From NCBI GenBank assembly GCA_016783505.1, contig JADHWK010000019.1, positions 1-39,478 of the forward strand: a DNA stretch of 39,478 nucleotides, written 5' to 3'. Position numbers and translations under genes: made by a program. The notes under the pieces were generated by a model that saw only the letters and a program-made list of their open reading frames with translations, searched no databases and was not told the DNA's origin. The stretch comes from Candidatus Zhuqueibacterota bacterium. GTDB taxonomy: Bacteria; BS750m-G25. Of the stretch, positions 28,654-36,893 are shown one piece after another; position 1 is the first letter of the stretch; the number at the start of each line of letters is the position of its first letter.

Positions 28654-28869
28654 CTACTTCAACAAGATTAACTTCCGGGTCTGTGAATATTCACCAGCTT
28701 GAAGGCGGCAAAAATAAATACCGCTGGCTAAACTTGTTGCATCCCATTGAACTTTATAGAAACTAAGGTCTTAATGTGAACTTACTAATTCAGTCATTTG
28801 TTGACCTATAATGTTATAAATTCTTAAAGTAACTTCAGAAGGTTTTAGCAAGCCATATTTGAAAGCCAT
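28654..28869 (-). pseudogene. Orphan T9SS C-terminal sorting domain remnant
   Basis: Reads MAFKYGLLKPSEVTLRIYNIIGQQMTELVSSH*DLSFYKVQWDATSLASGIYFCRLQAGEYSQTRKLILLK*, with an in-frame TAA at 28771-28773. Homologous to the CTD at 15048. Confidence 0.85.
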
Positions 28870-28871
28870 GG

Positions 28872-30404
28872 TTAGCCAGCCAAAATCACGATGATTCCCA
28901 TTAACATCAATATCATACTAAATCCAATTAGGGCTGCTGCTAATTCTGTTTTTTCTTTTTTAATAAGTTCTTTATAACCACCAGCAGCGAATTCATCTCC
29001 AGCATAAGGAGCAAAATCATCCCACGCCTTTCTAACTGTTTTTTCTGGTAAAATAACTACCTCTGGAGAATTAGAGGCTTTTCTATCATAAATTTTCAAT
29101 TTTATTGTTGGATATATCCCGTTTACAGGTTTGAATATTTTGAAATCATAATTGAAATAACCAGTCAGAACCATTTCATCAAACCCATATTTCCCATCCC
29201 AAGAAATCACAGAAAAAGCCAACGGCTGCATTATATTAGCCCGCATCATATCATTCTGTAATATGCCATTTCTGTAAACCTGAAAATCATATAAGCCTCT
29301 TTTGTATTTATAATTATAAATTAATTTAGAATATGAGTCAGAATGAATATCGCCCATTGCACCAAGTATATTCCGGATTGTCTTATTTGAAGTTTGACCT
29401 ATTATGGGAATTACTTCGAAAGATACGACAGGACTAAATCTACTTGTATTATCTGGCCATTTCTTCAAATCATTAAACAGATAGTTACTATATTGACCTT
29501 CTATATCACCATTATTCCCCCAATCTTTGCACTCTTTTGTCAATCGTAATTCAACTCGCTTTATTCGATAATAATGATATGGTGGGGTGACAACCGTTAC
29601 AAGAAAATGCCTGGTATATTTAAGTTTGGAGACATTATAAGGTTTCTCATCAAATTTTTCAACAAACATAGTCCGTTGCAAGCTTTCTAATGGAAAAATA
29701 TTTTTTGGTTGAACCGGTAATCTTTCTGTTGTAGGAGGGGTTACATTCCCTAGTATGATTTTTGCTTGTTTAATAATAGAATTATCCTTTGTTATTAAAA
29801 GACTACCCTGCATATTTGGACCTCTGTTAGGTAAATCACCAAAATTATTCATACCAACAACAATACCATCCATATTGACCAAGGGTCCACCCGAACCTTC
29901 AGGATTAATATTGATATCAGAAATAATTACATCTGGTTCAACTTTATTTACTATTCCTGCTGTCATAAATCTACCCTGATTGAACGCATTGCCAACAGCA
30001 ATGACCTTCTCCCCAATATAGACCACAGTGTCACTTGGGCTTGCTATCGGAAGTACTTCAATATTATTACAAAAAGTCTCGTTTATAAGAAGGATAGCAA
30101 CATCTTTTTCTTTGTCTGATGATAGGACAATAGCCTTCACTTTTGTTGAATCGTTCAATTGAACACGAATGTATTTTGATGATGCAATAATATGCTGATT
30201 TGTAAGAATTAATCCCCTTTTGTCAATTAAAAATCCACTTCCGTGCCCTCGGTCTCCAAAAACGGTAAATACGCTCTCCTTCACCCTATAAAAAACCCGT
30301 GCTTCTTGGCTAATTCTTCTTTGTGCAAATAGAGCGTCCAACATATTAAAAATAACAAAAATGCTTACTAATGCCATGGATCTGAATTTTTGTATTTTTG
30401 CCAT
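28872..30404 (-). CDS. Trypsin-like (S1C/HtrA-like) serine protease with an uncharacterised C-terminal region and TM anchor
   Basis: GSGF, TNQH (His), KDVA (Asp) and NPEGSGGPLVN (Ser); hydrophobic C-terminus; no PDZ. Confidence 0.82.
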   Translation of the reverse strand: MAKIQKFRSMALVSIFVIFNMLDALFAQRRISQEARVFYRVKESVFTVFGDRGHGSGFLIDKRGLILTNQHIIASSKYIRVQLNDSTKVKAIVLSSDKEKDVAILLINETFCNNIEVLPIASPSDTVVYIGEKVIAVGNAFNQGRFMTAGIVNKVEPDVIISDININPEGSGGPLVNMDGIVVGMNNFGDLPNRGPNMQGSLLITKDNSIIKQAKIILGNVTPPTTERLPVQPKNIFPLESLQRTMFVEKFDEKPYNVSKLKYTRHFLVTVVTPPYHYYRIKRVELRLTKECKDWGNNGDIEGQYSNYLFNDLKKWPDNTSRFSPVVSFEVIPIIGQTSNKTIRNILGAMGDIHSDSYSKLIYNYKYKRGLYDFQVYRNGILQNDMMRANIMQPLAFSVISWDGKYGFDEMVLTGYFNYDFKIFKPVNGIYPTIKLKIYDRKASNSPEVVILPEKTVRKAWDDFAPYAGDEFAAGGYKELIKKEKTELAAALIGFSMILMLMGIIVILAG

Positions 30405-30416
30405 TAATTCTACCCT

Positions 30417-30815
30417 CTATTTAATGCTTCTATTTTTCCCCTCAGTCTTCTTTTGCTTATACCTCTCCCTCATTTTCTGCAAAATACTTTCCCTGTTCTT
30501 CTGATAATATTTCTTGTAATATTTATTACCATATTCACGATAATATTCTCTTATTGTTTCTCTGTGTTCTTGCCTATATCTTACCCAATAATCTTTATTC
30601 CTTTGATACCTTTGGCGTTGCTTAGCTTTTATTGTGTCTTTGTTGTTTTCATAATACGCTTTGAATTTTTCTTTATTGCGATCCAAATAATTTTTCATTA
30701 TTTGTAGTCGGCGTTCCCTGTTTTTCCAATAATACTTCCGCCATCCATCAAGAATCTTATCCTTGTTGCGTTCATAATACCCAGGGTTATGTTTCCGTTT
30801 TCTTTCTTGATCCAT
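30417..30815 (-). CDS. Tyr/Arg/Lys-rich helical repeat protein, paralog 3
   Basis: Same repeat architecture; upstream region homologous to that of paralog 2. Confidence 0.75.
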   Translation of the reverse strand: MDQERKRKHNPGYYERNKDKILDGWRKYYWKNRERRLQIMKNYLDRNKEKFKAYYENNKDTIKAKQRQRYQRNKDYWVRYRQEHRETIREYYREYGNKYYKKYYQKNRESILQKMRERYKQKKTEGKNRSIK

Positions 30816-30909
30816 TTTGAAGGGTCGGATTTATGTAACTGGGATTACCTCATTTAATATAGCAATTAATCTTAAAAAATCAAGTAAAAATTGAGTTAAC
30901 TTTAAAATA

Positions 30910-30940
30910 AGAAACCCACCCCTGCGGGGGGTGGGTTCTT
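30910..30940 (-). terminator. Intrinsic terminator
   Basis: AACCCACCCC-TGCGG-GGGGTGGGTT, downstream of 30990..31556. Confidence 0.7.
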
Positions 30941-30989
30941 ACTGTGATTAAATTCTTTCCTGTTCCATCATAACCGGCGGAAGAATTAG

Positions 30990-31556
30990 TTATTCTTCAG
31001 GAGGAGCCTCCTCTTTTTCTACCCCCTCCTCGGCCTTTACAGTCGTTCCTGCGTCGACCATCACCCGCCACTGGCCGTCCATCTTTTTCCAGACGGTGAC
31101 GTACTCGCCGCTCTCCTCGGCAGCCTCGCCCGGCCCGTCCGGGTCGTAGGTCCAGGTGCCGCGCTCGTAGGCCAGATCGCCGGAGGCGGCCACCTCGACC
31201 GCGGTGGTGGTCCAGCCGATGGTGAAGTCGGGGTTCTCGGTCCACTCCTCCTCCCGATTCGCGTCGATCGCCGCCTGGCCCTCATGAATCTCGCCGTCGA
31301 AGATCGTGGTGCCGTTCGGGGCGAATAGATTGCTGATGGTTGCGCCGTCTCTGGCGTTTTCGGCCTCCATCCACTGGGCGGAGAGGTCGCGGATCGCCTG
31401 CGCCTCGGCGGCGACGTCGATCGCCGGAGCAGCCTCTTCGACAGGCGGTGGGGCTTCCTCCTTGGGTTTCTTGCTAATCCCAAAGGATACAGAAGCCAGG
31501 CAGAAGGCCATCAAAACCGTCAGCACCAAACCGAGAACAAATACCTTTCCCCTCAT
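30990..31556 (-). CDS. Exported NTF2-like / DUF4440 (SnoaL-like) protein
   Basis: Signal peptide; VEVAASGDLAYERGTW...GEYVTVWKKMDGQWRV. Confidence 0.85.
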   Translation of the reverse strand: MRGKVFVLGLVLTVLMAFCLASVSFGISKKPKEEAPPPVEEAAPAIDVAAEAQAIRDLSAQWMEAENARDGATISNLFAPNGTTIFDGEIHEGQAAIDANREEEWTENPDFTIGWTTTAVEVAASGDLAYERGTWTYDPDGPGEAAEESGEYVTVWKKMDGQWRVMVDAGTTVKAEEGVEKEEAPPEE

Positions 31557-31625
31557 CTCTTACCCTCCTAAATTAATAAATCTTATTTATTAATCTCAAA
31601 GATAAAATAGTAAATTTTTCAGAAA

Positions 31626-31740
31626 AAGTCAAGTATTTAATACGGTAATTTTTGAATTTGTCTAATTTCTGTTAAGAGGGACAGTCAAATATTCAAAAAA
31701 CAAAAGGCCTACTCAAGATGAATGAACAGGTCTTTTTTAA
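31626..31740. repeat. ~115-bp direct repeat, copy B (includes type 1 hairpin copy 5)
   Basis: AAGTCAAGTATTTAATACGGTAATT...GGACAGTCA...ACTCAAGATGAATGAACAGGTC. Confidence 0.85.
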
Positions 31741-32020
31741 AATGTTTTAAGACTCGACCTTGTAATCCCATTCAAAGTGTCAAGGACAAACTAAAGTTAA
31801 ATTCCTCTTTTCGGACAGCGTAACTCTAACTTCAGTCAGTGTCACACTGCCCGAAAGAAGCAATAATGGGAACAAAGGGACTATGGGGAGCTAATGGGAG
31901 GCTATCATCTTGTTAGGGAACACCGGTTCCGAGACGCACCCCCGTCACCATGCCAGTACAATGATTGGCCGAAAGATCCGATCGAATTCTTATTGAATTG
32001 ACTTAGCGGTACTTGAGCTT

Positions 32021-32443
32021 CTATGGGCTCTCGTCGTCAGCGGCGGCCTTGGGTTTCTCGGTGAAGGGCAGTACCGGCGACTCCACGGCTTCCGTCATCA
32101 TCTTCACATTGCCCTCGAAGAAGGCATTATCGGAAATCAAGACCGCAGGAGCCAGGATTTCGCCCGTATACTTCCCGCCGTCACGTATTTCCACCTTTTT
32201 GTTGGCGATTACCTTACCCTCGACCTCGCCTTCGATGATCACGCACTCTGCCTTCACTTCACCCTTGAGCCTCCCGGTCTTACCCACCAACAAGAGCGCC
32301 GTGAGATCGATCGTACCTTCGAATCCGCCGTTCAGATACAGGTTCTGGGAACCCTTCAAGTCCCCCACCACGCTGATCCCCTCAAAGATCGCCGTCGTGT
32401 TCAGTTTCTGGACTTTGTCCAGCATACGCCGATTCAGTTCCAT
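32021..32443 (-). CDS. Bactofilin (polymer-forming cytoskeletal protein)
   Basis: GEVKAECVIIEGEVEGKVIA...FFEGNVKM; GGAGG RBS. Confidence 0.88.
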   Translation of the reverse strand: MELNRRMLDKVQKLNTTAIFEGISVVGDLKGSQNLYLNGGFEGTIDLTALLLVGKTGRLKGEVKAECVIIEGEVEGKVIANKKVEIRDGGKYTGEILAPAVLISDNAFFEGNVKMMTEAVESPVLPFTEKPKAAADDESP

Positions 32444-32629
32444 CTCACACCTCCCTTATACAAGAATTTCCTTAACTACATTTTGAACCTTGGCTAATAG
32501 AAATTTTTTTCTTAAAATAAATTGCCAACAAATATAGATATTAATATATAAAGATAGAAATTTATTTCGCAATAATCAAGTTATTCTTTTAGATGTTTGA
32601 TTTATCCAACAAGAATATTGAAAATCAAA

Positions 32630-35600
32630 CTACTCTGACCGATCCGGATATGCCGGCTTCTTCGGTTCTTTCGGTGGTCTTTTTTCTAGCAATACTAGAA
32701 TTACCTCGATCGCTTTTTCCAGCTGCGGATCACGGCCGGCGACCATCTCGTGGGGAGCATTCTCGACCCCATAATCAGGCTCCACACCATGGCCCTCAAC
32801 TTCCCAGTTGCCTTCGGTGTTCCAGAATCCAAAAGTCGGCGCTGAAACGAAGCCCCCGTCAATCGGCTGTGGGTTGCCGCTGATGCCGATCAGGCCGCCC
32901 CAGGTTCTGGTTCCAACCAGTGGTCCCAGCCCGGCTTTACGGAAATAGTACGGGAAAGCATCGCCGCCGGAACCGGCCCAACCGTTCACCAGCATCACCT
33001 TCGGTCCGGTATGCGCTACGAACGGCGTCTGCCAATCGCGCAGATCCCGCCGCGCCCAGTAGTTATAAATGGAACGGTTCAAAAGTTCAATGAAGCGGTC
33101 CGGAATTTGTCCACCGCTGTTAAACCTTTCGTCAATAATTAAACCTTCTTTGGTTCGCTGGGGGATGAACTGGCGCACCAACTCGTTCTGACCATTCCTG
33201 CCGGTATCGGGTACGTAGATGTATCCGATCCTGCCATTGGTCTCCTCTTCAACTTTGCGCCGATTGCTTTCAATCCAGGTCAGATTACGCAGACGGAATT
33301 CACTTTTCAAGGGCTCGACAACCACCTCACGGGCACCCTTCAAGGTGGGGGAAGAATTAATTGTTAGCGTGACCACTTCGTTGGCAAGCCCCTGAAAAGC
33401 CGCCCACGGGTCTCTGGAGATGTCCAGCGGCCGCCCATTGACTGCCAGTAGGTAGTCTCCTTGATTTACCTGTACACCCGGCTGGCGCAGTGGTGAGCAC
33501 ACCTCAGCATCCCACACTGCACCTTCGTAAATCTTCTTGATGCGATAAGCGCCGTTCTTTCCGTCCAGCTCAAAGTCACAACCCAAAAGTCCCACCGAGA
33601 TATCTTTGGGTCGTTCGATGTCGCCTCCACGTACATAAGTGTGGGAGGCGTTCAATTCGGCGATCATCTCACCGATCACGTAATTCAAGTCAGCGCGGTC
33701 CACCACGTAAGGAAGCAGGATTGCATAGCGGTGCTTGATGGCCGGCCAGTCGAGCCCGTGCATGCCCGGGTCGTAGAAAAAGTCCCGTTCGATGCGCCAT
33801 GTTTCTTTGAAAATCTGTTCCCACTCCTCTCGAGGATTAATCCAGGCCTGCAGCTTATCTGCCGCGATTTTGCCGTCACCAACCTCCTTACCTTCAGCCA
33901 ACTCGATAATACCGTAGGTGGATTTGCTTTTATATATGACCTTCTCGCCGTCGGCCGAAAGGTCGTAGGTGTCAATACCGGATATGACGGTCTTTTCCTC
34001 GCGTTCCTCCAGATCATAGTACACCAACGTGCCCGAGGGTTCGTCTGGTTTGGCTGACCCGGCGGCAGGATTGCGCAAGAATACCACTTTGCCTTCCACC
34101 GCATGCAAAGGTCCCACATTACCCGCTTCCACAGGCAGTTTGACAACCCGTTTTTCAAAGCCCTCGAAATCAATCTTAACCCGTCCGGGTTTCTTTTTCT
34201 TTTCATCATCCTTATCGAATTTTTCCTTCTTATCCTTTTCCTCACCCTCCTCTTCATCACTCCTCGGGCCGACGGGCGACTCGATGTCCTTGCGTAAGGT
34301 AGCCGCATAAACGCCGGTGGCATTGGGATAAATCCAGGTCGCATCCATATCGCCGTAGACTGGCTTAAAGGTGCGGTTAGAATAGAAGAAAAGATATTCC
34401 CCCCCCGGATCAAAGGCAGGGGATGAATTGTCGTAATAATCACTTGTTACCTGATGAGTCTTATGCTTGACCGCATCGTAGATCATAATCGCGCCCTGGC
34501 CGTTGGGCATGTTCTTCGAATAGGCGAGCCACTTACTGTCAGGTGACCATGAATAGGATGTTATTCTTGACCATTCGTCCTTGTCAACAAATTTTGGCTT
34601 TCGCTTTGAAATATCCAGAACAAAGAGACTTCCGGTTTTATCGCTGAAGGCAATCCTTTTACTGTCCGGTGACCAGACCGGCGAATATCGGAACACCGTT
34701 CCTCCCTCAGTAATCTGGCGTTCCTCTCCCTTTCCATCACCGGGACGCAGGTATAACTCGTATTCGCCGGTGCGGTCGGAGAAATAGGCGACGGTTTTAC
34801 CGTCCGGTGACCAGGCCGGGAAGCGCTCGGCCACGCCCGATGAATTGGTTAAATTACGCACGCTGCCGTGCTTCTCGGGCACTGTAAAAATTTCGCCCCG
34901 TGCTTCGAACAACGCCCGTCTGCCGCTGGGCGAGAGGGAAAAATTCTGAATATTCTTCGAAACCTCTTTTAGCTGGGCACGCACCTCCGGTAGGTCGGCC
35001 GGCACCTGTACAGAAATCGGCCTCGGATTTTCGGTTGCCAAGTCCAGCAAGTAGAGCTTGCCGCCGTTTTCGAAGATGATGGCATCCGATCCCAGGCTCG
35101 GCCATTTTACATCGTAATCGGTAAACTTGGTGACCTGTCGGGGCTGTCCCGTAGCCAGATCATAAGCCCATATATTGAGCTTCTTTAATTCATCCCGGTC
35201 GGACAGAAAATAAATGTTGTTCTGATGCCACATAGGGACAGAGTCCGTTCCCTTAAAGTCGGTGAATTTTTCTGAGGTGTTGTTGACAAAATCATACAGC
35301 CATAGATCGCTGGCCATCCCCCCACGATAGCGCTTCCAGGTTCGAAATTCCCGGGAGATAAACTGAAACGCAATACGGTTACCATCTGGACTGAAGCTCG
35401 CCAGCTCACCGTACGGCAGGGGAAGGGTCTCCGACATGCCGCCTTCAAACGGTTGTTTGAAGAAGCGATTGAACCGACGTGAAGGACTGATCATTCGCGA
35501 GCGATAAAGAATGTGTTTCCCGTCCGGATACCACTCCACCACCAAATCAGCATCGGGATGATGGGTCAACCGCTTTGGTGTGCCCCCCTCTACGGGCATG

Positions 35601-35893
35601 ACATAGACGTCGGTGTTGCCGTCATAGTTACCGCTGAAAGCAATCCACTGACCGTCGGGGGAAAACTTGGGAAAGAGTTCATGCCCCTTTGGCGAGCTGA
35701 GTCTACGTGCAAGTCCGCCCTCTTTATGCACAATCCACAGGTCACCGGCATACACAAACACAATCCGGTCAGCGCTCACATCCGGGAAACGCAGCATGAG
35801 CGCATCCGGTATCTCGATCCGGGTTGGTTGTGCGAAAGCAGATGCCGCAAAATACAACAGAATTCCAGCTAGTGTCAACAACCGTTTCATCAT
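32630..35893 (-). CDS. Tricorn protease homolog (peptidase S41)
   Basis: PD40 propellers, ASHTY, PDZ, IIDERFNSGG, GSGGD (catalytic Ser) and GTRTWGG. GGAG RBS before MMKRLL. Confidence 0.95.
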   Translation of the reverse strand: MMKRLLTLAGILLYFAASAFAQPTRIEIPDALMLRFPDVSADRIVFVYAGDLWIVHKEGGLARRLSSPKGHELFPKFSPDGQWIAFSGNYDGNTDVYVMPVEGGTPKRLTHHPDADLVVEWYPDGKHILYRSRMISPSRRFNRFFKQPFEGGMSETLPLPYGELASFSPDGNRIAFQFISREFRTWKRYRGGMASDLWLYDFVNNTSEKFTDFKGTDSVPMWHQNNIYFLSDRDELKKLNIWAYDLATGQPRQVTKFTDYDVKWPSLGSDAIIFENGGKLYLLDLATENPRPISVQVPADLPEVRAQLKEVSKNIQNFSLSPSGRRALFEARGEIFTVPEKHGSVRNLTNSSGVAERFPAWSPDGKTVAYFSDRTGEYELYLRPGDGKGEERQITEGGTVFRYSPVWSPDSKRIAFSDKTGSLFVLDISKRKPKFVDKDEWSRITSYSWSPDSKWLAYSKNMPNGQGAIMIYDAVKHKTHQVTSDYYDNSSPAFDPGGEYLFFYSNRTFKPVYGDMDATWIYPNATGVYAATLRKDIESPVGPRSDEEEGEEKDKKEKFDKDDEKKKKPGRVKIDFEGFEKRVVKLPVEAGNVGPLHAVEGKVVFLRNPAAGSAKPDEPSGTLVYYDLEEREEKTVISGIDTYDLSADGEKVIYKSKSTYGIIELAEGKEVGDGKIAADKLQAWINPREEWEQIFKETWRIERDFFYDPGMHGLDWPAIKHRYAILLPYVVDRADLNYVIGEMIAELNASHTYVRGGDIERPKDISVGLLGCDFELDGKNGAYRIKKIYEGAVWDAEVCSPLRQPGVQVNQGDYLLAVNGRPLDISRDPWAAFQGLANEVVTLTINSSPTLKGAREVVVEPLKSEFRLRNLTWIESNRRKVEEETNGRIGYIYVPDTGRNGQNELVRQFIPQRTKEGLIIDERFNSGGQIPDRFIELLNRSIYNYWARRDLRDWQTPFVAHTGPKVMLVNGWAGSGGDAFPYYFRKAGLGPLVGTRTWGGLIGISGNPQPIDGGFVSAPTFGFWNTEGNWEVEGHGVEPDYGVENAPHEMVAGRDPQLEKAIEVILVLLEKRPPKEPKKPAYPDRSE

Positions 35894-36099
35894 GATCAAC
35901 TCCAGGTTACTGGTATCAGTTTGGATAGGTGAAATTGATAATGAATAAGAAGGTATCAGAATTGACAATTTTCAATTAACAATTGTCAATTTTTTTTCCT
36001 GCTCCTCCGCTGCTTCTCAACTTCGGATTAGTCAGGCTCCTGACTGATGGCTACACAATTACGTTTAGTAGAAGTGATTGATAAATAGCTGTATTATTC

Positions 36100-36276
36100 T
36101 CACCCCCGGGTCTTGTCCCGAAAAAAATAGATCAGAAATCCCCCCAGAAGGATTATCGGTAGAAAATGACCCACCAGCTTTTTTACATCCGTCACCTGTT
36201 CCAGTGGTCCAGAAAGGACCATGACAAACAGAATGATCAACACGATAAAAACCATAATAATTTGATTGATGTTCAT
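36100..36276 (-). CDS. Small two-TM membrane protein
   Basis: Two hydrophobic helices; start site uncertain. Confidence 0.55.
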   Translation of the reverse strand: MNINQIIMVFIVLIILFVMVLSGPLEQVTDVKKLVGHFLPIILLGGFLIYFFRDKTRG

Positions 36277-36395
36277 GTTCTTAAGCCCATCATGGTTTAT
36301 TTCCCTTAGATGTCTGTATGGTATAGCAAACAATTGTTTTGTAAAACATACAGTGGGATGACCGATCTTCTATTCTTGGGGATTCTTTATGATAT

Positions 36396-36788
36396 TCATT
36401 CTTGGGCTTCAGCCCCTTCCCTCTCCAACACCCAGGTAATCTTGCTGGGCAGGCTGAATTCTTCATAAGCGGAATATTTGGTTACATAACCTTTTTTCTC
36501 AACGAAAAACTCGTAGCGGAAACCCCTTTCGGCAAAGAAAGTGAAGGGAGTTCTCCGTGTCAGTCTTTCAACGGCCAATCCCACCTCCCGGTCGTCAGCC
36601 AAAGAACTGACTTCCTTGCTGATCTTTATGATGGTCACATCGGCCCCAACCGGAACCGAATAGCAGGTAACCTGTTTCGACCGTCCTCCAAATCTGCCCT
36701 TTAGAACCGGGGTGCATTGAACGAGCAACCCTAAAAAAATGAGGCAAACTGAAACGAATTTAATCCTTTTAGAAAAATTCATTTCCAT
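36396..36788 (-). CDS. Hypothetical lipoprotein (PEGA-like features)
   Basis: LLVQC signal; S.PVGADV...TPF...VEKKGY. Confidence 0.6.
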   Translation of the reverse strand: MEMNFSKRIKFVSVCLIFLGLLVQCTPVLKGRFGGRSKQVTCYSVPVGADVTIIKISKEVSSLADDREVGLAVERLTRRTPFTFFAERGFRYEFFVEKKGYVTKYSAYEEFSLPSKITWVLEREGAEAQE

Positions 36789-36893
36789 TTCCCTTCCTCT
36801 ATCCGCTTTCAGCATTCCACTGTCCGCTTTCAGCCTTCCGCTATTCCTGACCGCTGATTACGGATAGCTGATTGCGGACTGCGGGCAGCTGTT

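Noticed and set aside
24142-30707. Plus-strand hydrophobic ORFs (24142, 26016, 30453)
   Set aside because: Antisense shadows of the Lys/Arg/Tyr-rich genes.
14962-31740. Prophage or defence island
   Set aside because: No structural, replication, integrase, nuclease or recognisable defence genes.
10804-32443. Two bactofilin genes as boundary repeats of the island
   Set aside because: They are clearly diverged proteins, and the first lies 3.6 kb outside the array behind ordinary genes.
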